Assembly (NCBI GenBank): GCA_964016885.1
Contig: OZ024740.1
Span: forward strand, 363,692,001-363,756,000
Length of the DNA: 64,000 nucleotides
Direction of reading: 5' to 3'
From: Eledone cirrhosa
Taxonomy: Eukaryota
Shown here: piece after piece, positions 40,315 to 52,853 of the stretch
Numbering within the stretch: position 1 is the stretch's first letter
How the letters are laid out: every line of letters begins with the position of its first letter
Position numbers and translations under genes: made by a program
The notes under the pieces: generated by a model
Told to the model about the DNA's origin: nothing
The model's database searches: none
Seen by the model: only the letters and a program-made list of their open reading frames with translations

Positions 40315-40395
40315 GTAAACCAAGCAGTTCCTTTGTTACTCACTCTGTTGATAAGAGAGCATTTACTACAAAATTACCAACACATCCTGTGACAG
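40315..40395 (+). CDS. MAM gene exon 19 (Ser/Thr/Pro-rich linker; phase 1-1)
   Basis: tctcag|GT...ACAG|gtaaaa; open in the correct frame (RKPSSSFVTHSVDKRAFTTKLPTHPVT). No MAM motif, so support comes only from splice sites, phase and composition. Confidence 0.68.
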
Positions 40396-40451
40396 GTAAA
40401 ATACACATTTTTTCCTTATGAAGTATCAAAGCACTGAGTGATTTGAAATTT

Positions 40452-40718
40452 GAAAATGTGGGAATCCCAAAGGCAGATAATAACTGTAACAATAGTCAAC
40501 TACTATAAACAATAGCTTAGAAAATTGGATAAAATATCTCTATATATGGAAAAAAGTGGTGAGCAGCCATTACATAGATAGGGAGTTCAATTCTTCTTAG
40601 CGGCTGCTGGTCACATTTTTCTGTTTATAGAGGCATTTTGCCCAATTTTCTAAGTCATTATTTATAGCAATCGATTGTTTTTACAGTTATTTCTGCATTT
40701 GAGATTCCCACATTTCCA
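40452..40718. repeat. Degenerate foldback or MITE-like hairpin (arms ~115 bp)
   Basis: GAAAATGTGGGAATC..GCAGA..CTTAGAAAATTGG..GCAGCC pairs with GGCTGC..CCAATTTTCTAAG..TCTGC..GATTCCCACATTTC. Confidence 0.75.
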
Positions 40719-41509
40719 CATTTTTTTATCATATAGGAATGACTAATTTGTATTTGTTGAACTATATTACCTTAAGTATTATTTCACACTATTACAGCAT
40801 ACTAGATTGTTAAAGATTTAATATAAACAGTTTAAAATAACTTAGTTTTGTGATATTATTTGAAATGAATTACTGTATATACAAGAATATAAGTCACTAT
40901 CCCTATTTTTTGGCAGTGAAATGGGCAAAAATCCAAACCCTGCTTATGAGCCATGGCAGCTAATCAACACATTACAGCAATGTTTAGAAATTCTCATGAA
41001 TAGAGGAAATAAAATAATAAGTGTCGTTTAGAGTATAGTTTTTGTTTCCACTACAGAATAGAGATATATTTTTTAGTTTTAGGCATTATTTTAGAAAATA
41101 TAGATTTACTGTAATGGAGATCATTAAACGCACTAGGGGGAGATAGAAATGAACAGGGAATAGTTGAAAGCGATCAACTAAGAGAACACTGTATAAGGAT
41201 TCAGAGTAGAAGGGGGAGGAAGAAACAGCAAGCGAAAGAGCGGAGAGGCAGAGTGAGAAAAAGAGAGGCGGAGGGTGAGAGAAATAAAACAAAGCAAGAT
41301 TGAAAGAAAAGGTTTAGGTATGAATTTATGTATAGTATTTATGTATGTATCTATACATACATTCATACATACATGGCTATTTCAGAGCACTGATACTAAT
41401 TCCTAATTTTTGCTGGACCAGAAACTGCTCTGTTTATTCAGCTCTTATACATCACTGGAATTTTATAAGAATCCAGCTTCTATAAGTCTTGGCAGAAGTA
41501 AAAGGATAT

Positions 41510-41554
41510 GCAATCTTGATAACCACTAACGAGCGAGAAACAGCTGTTGGTTGC
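41510..41554 (+). ncRNA. Hammerhead motif with U3-A8 core variant (diverged family H1 copy)
   Basis: GCAAUC-UUGAUAA-CCACUAACGAGCGA-GAAA-CAGCUG-UU-GGUUGC: 6-bp stem I, palindromic stem III, weak stem II. Lies at the homologous position of a unit related to 11590-12068. Confidence 0.6.
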
Positions 41555-41676
41555 TTCCCTTTGTTTTTGCCGAGACTAAGTAAGTGACATAGTCACTACT
41601 TTAAAACTCATAGCGAATGGTATTCAAAATGTTTTTTATTAAACATACAGTATATTATCAAATATACTATACATAC

Positions 41677-41749
<73 letters not shown>

Positions 41750-42434
41750 AATATTTTGGAGGGTCATGTTGTTATAATATTGCCAGAAATATATAATAAA
41801 ATACACTCACTGTTTGGTTTGGGTTGGTTTTTGCTTCCATATATTTTATATCCCTATAGGTTGGCAATCAATGTTTATCATATATATATATATATATATG
41901 ATGGGTGCAACTTGATTTCAACTAATGCCATCGCTTGATACTTAAGCATGAGCATTACAGACATGGCTTTAAAGTCCTGCTAGGGACTTGCTTATGGCCA
42001 TCAATACCATACATCGCAAAATGTGTCACGTATGAAGTGATGCCTATGCTTGAAGCTTTTTTAAGTGATGAAAGTCTTTGCACGAGGCCAATCCCATTCT
42101 CTGAACATCAAATGCATTTGCCCAAAAAGAAAAACTGGTCTACATCATTGGATGCAAACGAAGTCACCGGTTTTATATCAGTGTGACTTTCTCCTAGAGA
42201 GAAGTCTTAATGAAGTCTAGGAGTTTCTCACTCCACAAACAAAAACAAACAAAATTTACTTTATTGGTGTAACCCAGTACAACTTGTGTATCGTCAGGTC
42301 GTCGGCGACTAAACCAGCAATCCCACCAAGTTTGCTTGGTGAGGAGGGTTATTTTGGACACCCTGCGGGATGAAAATCAAAACCTCTCAAAGGGCAGAGG
42401 AACTCAGGATAGTCAACGGCCATCCAATAAAGTA

Positions 42435-42471
<37 letters not shown>

Positions 42472-42666
42472 TGTTTATGCCTCATAACTTAGTGGTTTGA
42501 TAAAAATGAGTACTTGGATAGATATAATCAACGAAGCCAAGGTGATTCACCAGCATAACTGCAATCTAATGACTGAAATCAGTAAAAGAATAAAAGAATA
42601 TAAAAACAGTATTTCAAATCATGTTTTTAAACTGGAGTCTGCTTTGTTTCTACTGTATTGTTTCAG

Positions 42667-42804
42667 AAAACTTTAAATCCTGTTCATTTACAAATGGATT
42701 CTGTGGGTGGCAGCAACTGTCTGGAAATAGGATCAAATGGAAACTAAAGAAAGGAAGCACAAGTACAAAAGACACAGGACCAATACGTGATCACACCACT
42801 GGTC
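42667..42804 (+). CDS. MAM gene exon 20 (MAM7 N-terminus; phase 1-1)
   Basis: tttcag|AA...GGTC|gtaagt; KSCSFTNGFCGWQQ..W..GSTSTKDTGPIRDHTTG. Confidence 0.92.
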
Positions 42805-42812
42805 GTAAGTTT

Positions 42813-43059
42813 TAACCCTTTTCATATCAAACTATCTGGAACTACCTCTAGTTCTGTAATTCAAACCTTTTTATGTTTAGATTCATCCAAAAAACTTCCT
42901 TCACAATTTTATATAAGACCCTTTATGTTCCAAACATTAGGTTAATAATGAGAAAATTAATTATATTACTAAATCCCACTAAATTCTTGATTATTTTCAA
43001 AATTATTTGAAAATTATAGGCAGTCTCTTATATTAGAAATATGGAAATGAAAGGATTAA
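42813..43059. mobile_element. Non-autonomous DNA transposon (piggyBac-like ends TTAA-CCC...GG-TTAA); representative of a dispersed family
   Basis: Starts TTAACCCTTT and ends AAAGGATTAA. The internal block AATAATGAGAAA..TTATTTTCAAAATTATTTGAAAA recurs near 6270-6530, 15180-15650, 22920-23410, 34390-34650, 36880-37120, 39060-39650 and 39800-40085. Confidence 0.55.
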
Positions 43060-43820
43060 AATGTTTATTTATATCTAAAGCACTAATAAAAAAAAAAAAA
43101 AACTTTATTTATAATAAAAGAAATCATTTAGCTAAATCCCTTCCTTCATAATTTTATGTAAAACATTTTTCAAAATTATTTGAAAATCATAGGCATTATC
43201 TTTCATTAGAAATATAATTATAAAAGAATATGTAAATAAACAGTAAACATATAATACCTTGATTCCAACTATTATGAGCGTTAATATGGTAACATCATCA
43301 TCATTATCATCATTTCTACACAGGTTGGATTGGACATCACAAAAAAGTCACTATTCAGTCGGAGCTACTGACCTATCATACAGGCAGGGGACTGTATTTT
43401 GTTTGCATACATTCTCTGCCGGGGCTGTGGGTAGGCCCCATCGCATACCGTTGTAGTTGTTGTAGAAGAAACAGGAAGACAACAAGTGATGACTTCGTTA
43501 TATGTGTGTATTTGAATATATATAAGAATGTGTTTTATTGTGGTACAAATACAAGGGAGGTTATAATGTCTTTGAAACAACTGAGGTGTCTTCTCAACCC
43601 TTTGCTTGGCAAGTTTTCAACATTCAGATACTGTTCCTAGCATCAACCACTTTATAAAGTGTATTAGTTGCATTTTATCATAGCACCAGCTCTAAGGGAG
43701 TAGCCATACTCTTGAAACAACTAAAGTTTCCTCTCAACCTTTTGTTTGTCAAGTTTTCTATAGCTGGATGCCATTCCTGACACATTCATTTATTTCATAC
43801 ATCTTATGAATTCTTTACAG

Positions 43821-44083
43821 GTGGAGCATATATTTATATTGAAACATCGAATCCAATTAAATCAGGAGACAGCACTCATCTTATCAGTCCTACTTTCAAA
43901 GTACCAACATCACAGGAATGGTGTCTTAGCTTTTGGTACCATATGTATGGTGTTGGCATAGGTACATTGTCTGTGGTGTATAGAAGCAACTCTGTTGATA
44001 CTGTTGCCTGGCAGAAGAGGAAATCTCAAGGAAGGAAGTGGCTGCAGGGAAAAATAAACATCAAAGGATCACAAGCACATCAG
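43821..44083 (+). CDS. MAM gene exon 21 (MAM7 core; phase 1-0)
   Basis: ttacag|GT...CAG|gtatat; GAYIYIETS..HLISPTF..WCLSFWYHMYGVGIGTL..SQGRKWLQG. Confidence 0.93.
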
Positions 44084-44169
44084 GTATATTAATAATAGAA
44101 ATCTCTGATGAAATCTATAAATAAATATTTTAGAAAATTAACTTTAGAAATTGTTGTGATGAGGTGAGT

Positions 44170-47005
44170 AAAGGCCGCTTCTAAGAAAGCCTAACCTGTA
44201 TAGGTCTGAGAAAAGTACCAGACTGGTGACAGGTGCAAATAAGACCAGTCAAAATTGCATTATGGTGAGAGGTAATAAAAAGAATTATACCACATTATCC
44301 TTCTCATGGTTTAACAAGGGACATGTTCAGGTCTTAGGTAAAGGTGCCTGTTCGAAAAATATATTGCAGTCTTCATTTCATGCTGTAAAAACTGGTGATG
44401 GGCCTGTGACCTGTCCTGGGGTGTGTGGGATGGATGCACAAATATTGTGTATCCCACGGCTCTAAAAAGGGGTTTGGAAGGGAGCAAATCATAACAATTG
44501 GAACTTGAAACATCATGACAGGTTAGGAGCAGGAACTAGTGGAGGAGGCTAGATACTACTGGCTAGATATAGTTATTGTTTCCTCAACAAAGTTTTATGG
44601 CTCTGGTACTGTAAATTTGGATGGAGGATGGAAACTCCAGTATTCAGGTATAGCACCAAAAATGATTGCACAGGTGGGAGTGGGGAAACTCACAAGCCCC
44701 CAGCTGTCAGAATGTGTTATAGACTCGATCTCATTAAGAGGGGGATTTACCTCTTGAAGCTTAGGCTAAAAGATAGGCCTCTGTGTGTGATGCAAGTATA
44801 TGCACCATGTCTAAGTATAGATCCTTCCTTGATGAAGTCACTTCAACGTTAGGCGTAGTTAAGACTGTGTCATATATCCTAAAGGAGACTTTAATACATA
44901 TGTTGGCACTGACCACCTCATAGGAAAGGAGTGATTGGAAGAAAGATTGATCCTGATCTAAATATTGAGAGGCCTTATTAGACTTCTGTTCTAGCAATGA
45001 TCACCTTCTTCCAGCACAGAATCCATAAATATACATGGTATAAGGAGAATCAGGGACAGAGATCAATCTTTGATTCTGTGCTGGATGTTCATGTTAAGAG
45101 AGGGGCTGAGCTGTCAACTGATCAACATCTACAATTTAAGACAGCCAAAATAACCAAAAAAGCCTACAAAAGTGTCTAGTCCAGGTTGACCTACAGGATA
45201 AAGTGGGAAGTGTTGGTGGAGAAAGAAGTCAAGGCCAAGCATGCAAATTCTATTTCATCCAAATTTAGAGAACTCCCTGAGCAAACTGTGGACACAGAAT
45301 GGAAATTGTTTGGCTCAGTAGTTTCTGTTTCAGCTGTTAAATGCTGTGGATGAAATCATCTTGGCATGGCATCTGGTGGTAGGAAGACCCCTTGGTTCAA
45401 TCAAATGGTCAAAGATGCAATCCAAGCTAGGAAGGAGGCTTACAAAGCTTGACATGGAAATAAGTCCTTCTTCTTGCACTTGTGGTACAAGAAGGCACAA
45501 AGAATTGCAGCAGAGATAGTAAATGCATCCAAAGTTAAGATATGGGAGGACTTTAATGTTAAGCTGGAATTTGACATCAGATCAGAAAATATAGTATTCT
45601 AGCAGACCATCTGCCAACTTTAATAATAAGAATTCCTCCTCCATACCAGATATCAGGAATGCATCTGGAGTTCTCATTTAATCAGAGAAGTGCATCCTTG
45701 TGAGGTGGAGAGGATACTTTGCTGATCTCACAAACTTGATCACAACAGCATCTGCTGATGTACATGAGGTGCAACTGGGAGTGATGATCAATCTCTCAGA
45801 GGCTGAGATCACAAGAGTAAATAAAGAGCTCAAATGTGGAAAGGCCACTGGGGAGAATGAAATTCAGCCCGAGATGTTAAAAACCATAAATAGAAAAGGT
45901 ACTCTCTGGCTGACTCATGTTTGCTGGGTGGCCTGGATCTCTAGAAAGGTACCTAAGCAATGGCAATCAAGGGTAATAATCCCAATGTTCAAAAGGGAGA
46001 CAAGTAAAGACTCACCAGTAAAGTTTATGCTAAGTGTCTGGCAAATAGATGTAGGGAGGTTGTCGAGTCCAAGCTAACTGATGAACAGTTTAGTTTTTAC
46101 CCTGCTAATAGCACAGCTGACCAAATATTCACATTGTGACAGGTTTTGAGAAATTGTGGAAGTACTGTCAAGAGGTGTATTCTTGATTTGCAGACCTTGA
46201 AAAAGCATATGACCAGTTCCACAGGACCTCCTATAGAAGGTTATGCAGGAGTATGGGATTGATGGATGATGGACAGCCTCTTGTTGCCCAGCTGTTTCTA
46301 TACGAATGCCTAAACATTTGTGTTTGGATAAATTGAAGCCATTCAATGTGGGAGTTGTATTCTGCCAAGGGTGTGTCCTGTCACCTCTCCTGTTCATAAT
46401 CTTCATGAACAGGATTGACTTGTGTAGTCAAGTTGGAAATAGTACCATGATGTAGGATCATTCAGCTCGAATTTGCAGACAACATGGTACTACTTATCTC
46501 CTCAGAAGGTGATCTCTGACATGCACATGATAGGTTTGATGCTGAGTGCTGCATGGCTAGAATGAAAATCAGTGCTGCAAAGAATAACACACCTGTCCTC
46601 TCAAGGAGGCCTGTGCAGTGCACTCTACATGTGAATAGAGTTCACTGAAGCAGGAGAAGTTCAAGAGTCATAGAAGGCAGGAAGCTGAATTAAGTGCAAG
46701 AATTGCAAAAGCTGGGGCAGTAATGTGCCAGCTTCAGCATTCAGTAATCAGAAGAAGGGAGGTAGGTGTAAAACCCAAACTTGCTATCTTCAATTCGGTT
46801 TTCGTGCCAACCCTTACTTGAGGTCATGCATCTTGGGTGATGACTGAAAGAATATGATTGCAAATACAATCGGCCAAATGGGATTTCTTTGACAGGCCTT
46901 TGAAGTAACATTACTTGATAGAGTGTGTGGTTCAGAGAACAGTGAATTACTCCAGGTAGAGCTGGTATTTCTCCGAATTGAGAGATCACTTGAATGGTTA
47001 TACAA
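44170..47005 (+). mobile_element. Heavily decayed, near full-length Rex3/Expander-type RTE LINE
   Basis: APE fragments (GWKLQYSG..AQVGVG, VMQVYAP, TFFQHRIHKYTW) and RT fragments (RWRGYFADL, GKATGENEIQPEMLK, QGCVLSPLLF); many stops and frameshifts. Confidence 0.8.
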
Positions 47006-47577
47006 TACAGTCCTCTCAGTAGAGCTACTTCACACTGTATCTATTATCAGTGAAGTAGTAATAAATACAGTCATTCCCACACTGGAACTACCTTATGTTG
47101 TCTAATATCACTCGGTGTCGGCATCGCCGTAGTAATAGTAGTAGGAGACACCCTTCAGTAACACATGACCATAGTTTTGCACCTAGAATGTGCCTCTCTG
47201 AACACAAGTCTGCACAAGGTGTTTTTGTGGAAGAGCAGCAGTTGCCCATACATACAAGTCTCTCCTCTCTACATCACCTATGTTGTCTAAGGGAAAAGCA
47301 ATGGCCAATATATTTTGGCACCAGTGATGTCGCAACACATTTCTACAGCTGAGTGAACTGGAGCAATATGAAAACCGGTCTGAAAATCAAACTCACAACC
47401 TCCCAATTGCTAGCCTAATGCCCTAACCACTAAGATATGCACCTTCACTAGAGTAATGATATAACAGTCCTTCTCATAGCGAAACTACTTTACATTGTAT
47501 CAAATATTTCTGTAGTAGTAATGTAACACAGCACTTCTCACTGTAAATATACCTATCTCTCTCTTGCTCTCTCTCTT

Positions 47578-47613
<36 letters not shown>

Positions 47614-47659
47614 ATATTGAACATCATTACATAACAATACAATTTCTACATTATTTCAG

Positions 47660-47744
47660 ATAATATTCCAAGCAAACAAGGGAAAAAATTTCTTTGGTGA
47701 TATTGCATTAGATGATATAAAGATCTTAAGTCATTCATGTGCAG
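47660..47744 (+). CDS. MAM gene exon 22 (MAM7 C-terminus; phase 0-1)
   Basis: tttcag|ATA...GCAG|gtaaat; IIFQANKGKNFFGDIALDDIKILSHSCA. Confidence 0.92.
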
Positions 47745-48259
47745 GTAAATTGGTTTTAGCTATTTTTCTAACTTACTATCATTTTTAACTCTTTACAGAT
47801 TCTTTGCATATCTCCTTTAACCTTTTAGCATTTACATTACTTTATATATACTATTGTATTTTCATGGTAAACACTTTATTTCACGTAATTATATCACATA
47901 AAATTGAATCTACGAGATTTTGAAATTATTTATTTTGAGAACAATAACTTAACATAAGTATGAGCAGCCGGTAATGGCTCTTTTAAACAGAAAGAGGTGA
48001 GAGAATTCTGGTCTGATATGGCCGGTTTAAATGTTAAAGCGTTAAAGATTTTTTTCATGTAGCATATGCTAAAATACCTTCTTGATACTCAAAATTCCAT
48101 ATTGCCCACCAAAATTTCTTATCTTGCCACATTTTCTGTTCAGTTGCTCATCACCCAGCCAACAGGATTACTTTATCTGATTTTTTCAACTATTGTCTTT
48201 TGCATGAGAATGACTACATTTTAAATTTTAATATTATTTTGTTTTATCCTTTTATTTAG

Positions 48260-48403
48260 CACCTACAACATCATTGCTGACATTGTGTGATTTTGAGAGT
48301 ACATGTCATCTATTTGAAAATGTTACAAGTTCTTTAAATTGGCAGCTGACTAAAAGCCACCAACGTCCACGGATTCCAGACCATACATATAATTCACTAC
48401 TAG
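48260..48403 (+). CDS. MAM gene exon 23 (MAM8 N-terminus; phase 1-1)
   Basis: atttag|CA...CTAG|gtaac; LCDFESTCHLFENV..LNW..IPDHTYNS. Confidence 0.9.
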
Positions 48404-49299
48404 GTAACAAGGAATTTCTTTCATACTTCTTTACACACACACAAACTCACTTTCACACACACTTACTTTCTCTCTCTTTCTTTTTAAATATCTAATGTAC
48501 ACATAAACACACACACATTTGCACTCTCTCACACACTCACACACACACACACTCACATACACACTCACACATTCGCTCACTCACACACCCACACACATAC
48601 TAGCTTTCACATGCATCCAGTTTCACACACTCTTACTTTTATACATATTCACTTTCACACACACATGCACACACACTCTATCAGCCACTCTGAGCAGGTA
48701 CATCAGGTTCCCATGATCCACCAGAGAAGTTTACTGAGTGGTCACAGTGCATATGTTTAAACATTTCTACGTCTATGGAATTACTAACATCAGTGCCTAT
48801 AAAAAATGATGGGATTGTTAGTAAAAAAAAAAAAAATTAATAATTTTATGTAATGGTGTTGAATCTTTGATTATCCTTGATTTCTTGTCACTTTGGTCAT
48901 TGTTATATATTATTTTCATTTCATTTTCATTTTCATTTCCTTTCATGTCCGCTTTTTCCCTGCTTGCAAGGGTGGGACGGGAACTGATTCTGGCTTGATT
49001 TCTACAGCTGGATGCCCTTCCTAACACCAACCTCATTTACAGTGAGTGCTAGGTGCTTTTTTTGCCGTGGCACCTCCACAACCACTATACAGTGTGGACT
49101 GGGTGCTTTTTTACTGTGGCACCTCCATGACCACTTTGCAGTGGAATGATAGGGACCCCAGTCCCTATCATCTCATTTCTACAGCTGAGTAAACTGAAGG
49201 AATGTGAAATAAAGTGTCTTGTTCAAGAAAACAACACATTCATTTAAATCAATTACAATAATTTTCTTGCATATTTTCATTAGTCATTATCAAATATAT

Positions 49300-49443
49300 G
49301 CTTTCCAGCATAGTTACGTCCCTTTACAATCTGAGTTCAAATCCTGCCGAGGTTGACTTTGCTTTTCATTCTTACGGGGTTGATAAAATAAAGTACCAGT
49401 AATGCACTGGGTAATTGCTGGCCTTGTGCCTAAAGTAGAAACA
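49300..49443 (+). mobile_element. 5'-truncated S1 SINE with 14-bp TSD
   Basis: TSD ATTATCAAATATAT at 49286-49299 and 49444-49457. Other diverged S1 copies at about 52883-53113 (+), 14320-14480 (-) and 10260-10440 (-). Confidence 0.82.
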
Positions 49444-49584
49444 ATTATCAAATATATATCGACTATATTATGATGTCTTTGTTCTAGCAATGAATCTATC
49501 TATCTTCTAACTGTTATTGGAATTTATGGTTTGTTGTTGATGTTAATGATGTTCTTGTTCAAAGATGATACATTGGTAAATATA

Positions 49585-49805
49585 CATAAATAGATAGATA
49601 GGTTAGAAGATAGATGGATTGATAGATAGAGAGATAGATAGGTGGATGGGTAGGTAGGTAGTTACACAGACAGATAGATAAAGATACAGATAGCTAGCTA
49701 GACAGGCAGATAGATAGGTAGATTGATAGATATTACATAACCAGAGAGACAGGTAGGTAGTTAGATATATAGTTGTTGATTTTATTGTCAGAAGATAGAT
49801 AGATA
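49585..49805. repeat. Degenerate (TAGA)n microsatellite
   Basis: Read directly from the sequence. Confidence 0.9.
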
Positions 49806-49815
49806 CATATGTAGG

Positions 49816-50965
49816 TCATCATAGATCATCATCATCAAAGCATTGTTACTCCTGGAAGAGGAGCTCCTCTCTGGACTGCCTTCAATGACATTGGTCACTG
49901 GACAGCCTTGGCCACTCGGGTCCCAAATGAGGAGTGATGTAGGCTCTCCATCTCCATCTTTGTCATCCTCTTGGTCTTGTCCACTTTTGTGGAATCCACT
50001 CCATCACTCTGTTGGTCCACGTGTTGTCCTGCCCCCTGGCAATGTGACTTGCCCAGCAGTGTTTTGATTTCTTGATCGCATTAGCGATGTGAGTCACTCC
50101 AGTCTGTTGCCAGATCCACATGTCGAGCTTCCAGTCATGAAATGTGATGTCTGGCATGGTATGCTCCATTTTCCTCTGCACCACAGCAAGTGTTTTCATG
50201 AGACCAATGGTCAGAGCTCATTTCTCACTGCTATAGATCATCACTGGGAGCACATATGCTTTGAAGATATTTCTTTTGTTTTTATGCTAGCAGTGCAGCT
50301 CTTCATGATGTTATCTACCTTGCTGAAAGCTGCCCATCTTAATCTAATGTGATTCTTGATCTCTAGCTGGAGGACTCAGTCTCATATCACTATCTTACCA
50401 AGGTACACATAGCTGTCTACCTCTTTGATAGTCTTCCCATTGACAATGACTGGAATTTTATCCTACAAGGTTTTCTCTCAGGTTCTACTGCAATAAATGC
50501 TACTGGCGCTGGATCAACATCAGCCACAGGAACTAGTCAACTTCAGATAAGTACTCCGCTGTTCACATCACTGGGAAATCAGTGAGTTAATATTGCCTAC
50601 ATTACCCTACTATGAGATCTCAACAACAGCCCCACATAAACACTAAATCTCCTGAAAGACAGCAATAAGATCAAACTGGAAAGAGGAGCATGCCAAGGAG
50701 ACAACATGTCACTATGACTCTTCACAGATGCATGCAATATACCATAATTCATAAGATTGAGTGGGATGAAAGCGGGATCAACATCGATGGTGAGCAGCTA
50801 TCACATTTGATCTTTGTCAATGACATTATCTTCATGACACAGACACAGCAAGAAATCCAAGACATGCTCACCAACATCCACAACACCAGCAGACCAGTTG
50901 GGCTCAACATGCACTGAGGCAAAACCAAAGTGATGAACAAACTATAAATAGCTACTGCTAAATTA
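49816..50965 (-). mobile_element. BovB-like RTE fragment with a 5' inversion
   Basis: Minus 49816-50458 encodes VDSYVYLG..QRKME..WASHIAR..RPRG plus tail. Plus 50460-50965 encodes the immediately preceding RT part, GINIDGEQLSHL..DII..VGLNM..KTKVM. Confidence 0.78.
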
Positions 50966-51157
50966 CTGACCATTTAGAAGGTGGATATGTCTTGTCTAGA
51001 CTACGTGTGGAAGAGTGAGGTAGGGAGGAAGATATCAAAGCACATACATACTTAAGTTTCCACTTCCCAAACAAATCTTGCACAAAGTGGTTGTCACATG
51101 ATCATGTATTTAAGATGATAGTTAAGGTGTAAGGAAAATGTTTCCATCATCTTAATA

Positions 51158-51798
51158 TCATCATCATCATCATCATCATCAACGTTTAACGTCCGTGTTC
51201 CACGCTTGCATGGGTTTGGACGGGGGTAGTCCCACTTGAGGCAAGAGTGATTGTCTTGCTCGCATAGGACTGTCTGGCAGGTTTTCTACAGTTGGATGCC
51301 CTTCCTAACACCAACCACATTTACAGTGTGGGTCTGGGAGGTTTTTACCGTGTTGCCTACACGGCCACATTACAGCGTGGACTGTGTGTTTTTTGTTGTG
51401 ACACCTACACGATCTCATTTGTTTCGGCCTGGATGGCGTGGCACCAACATAACTTTACGTAGAACGGGGTGGTGTGGATGGGGTGGGGGTGGTGGTGGTG
51501 GGACGGGGTGTATTTTGTTAGAGATGCCTACTGGCTGTAGTAGGTTTTACTATGTATTTAGGTAAGGCGGGTCTTCTCTGTTACTGAGTACCGCCAAAGG
51601 TCTCGGTCCAGTGACATTGTCTTGGAGAGGTGTAAGTGTGTGAGGTCGGAGTTTATCAGCTCGTCCCAGGTTTTTCTAGGTCTGCCTATTCCGTGGCTAC
51701 CGTCTATCTTTATTGCCCTGCACTTTGTTATACAGCTATCGACTTTCATGCGCATCACGTGTCCATACCAACGTATCCTTCTCTCGAGTAAACAACAT
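51158..51798 (-). mobile_element. RTE LINE 3' fragment (family B)
   Basis: ORF 51558-51758; same 3' UTR and tail as 30501-31232. Confidence 0.9.
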
Positions 51799-52175
51799 CT
51801 TTTTAAGAAATAAACAAAGGAGTATTATTAATAACATCTTCTTTGAATTTAAGGTGATGAATTACAGTTCACCAGCCTATCAGGGAGGTCAGTAGCCCTG
51901 CTTCAACATTGACTCAGTCAGTGGAGACCCGTCTAGGGAAGCAGACATTAAATGATGATGATGATAAATTGGCTGAGTTTTTAAGGATGCCTTGGTATTT
52001 GTTCGAGATCACAGTGCACTGAGTTCAAATTTTGCTGAGATCAACTGCCATTCATCCTTCTGAATACAGTACTGGGATTGTTTCTCTCTCCCTCTTTCTT
52101 TCATTATGTTAAACATAATCTCCATCTTCATTTTAAAGTTTGACCCATATTTCAGCTTCTGCCTACTTATTCCTT

Positions 52176-52207
<32 letters not shown>

Positions 52208-52602
52208 TTAACATCCATTTTTCAACACTAACAAAGGTTGGATGGGTTGTCATATACCAAATCAATACTTACCCAGAGCCATTGAGCCCTCAGCTGAGCT
52301 GGGGACCACATTTCATTTACATATATTCCCAATTTATACCAAGTGCACCAGGTGTATTTTATCATGACACCAGTACTAGGAAGATGGTCATGTCATTGAC
52401 ACACCAAAAGAGTTCTCTCGCTCTTTTGTTTGGTAGGTTTTCTATAACTGGATGCCCTTTCTATCACCAACCACTTTATAGAGTGTACTGGGTGCATTTA
52501 ATTATGGCTCCAGCACTAGAGAAGTTGCCATATCGTTAAGACAGCTGAAGTTCTCCCAGTCTTATGTTTCTTATTCCTTATTATCTATATATTTATTTGC
52601 AG

Positions 52603-52853
52603 GGGATTACATATATGTTAAACTTGATAAAAGCAAGAAATATAGCGATGCCAAATTCAACATGCCAATAATCAAAAACAGAACAACCTGCCTATCATTT
52701 TTTCATCGATCTCTTGGCTCTTTCACAGGAAGATTAACTGTTTTCAAAGTAATCAATGATAAAAGAATTGCACTTTTACAGATTGAAAAAGAAGGTATTA
52801 AAAATGAATGGACCTTTGCTGAACTAGAAGTACAGTCTTATACAAATCTACAG
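52603..52853 (+). CDS. MAM gene exon 24 (MAM8 core; phase 1-0)
   Basis: ttgcag|GG...CAG|gttggt; GDYIYV..TCLSFFHRSLG..NEWTFAELEV. Confidence 0.88.

Noticed and set aside
42268-42352. Possible twister ribozyme (AACCC...GGAGGGTT)
   Set aside because: I could not fit the P2/P4 stems and UAA cleavage loop. It looks like an RTE 5'-UTR-like fragment; a covariance-model search would settle it.
44098-44152. Plus-strand CTGATGA...GAAA after exon 21
   Set aside because: Stems II and III do not pair; expected by chance in AT-rich DNA.
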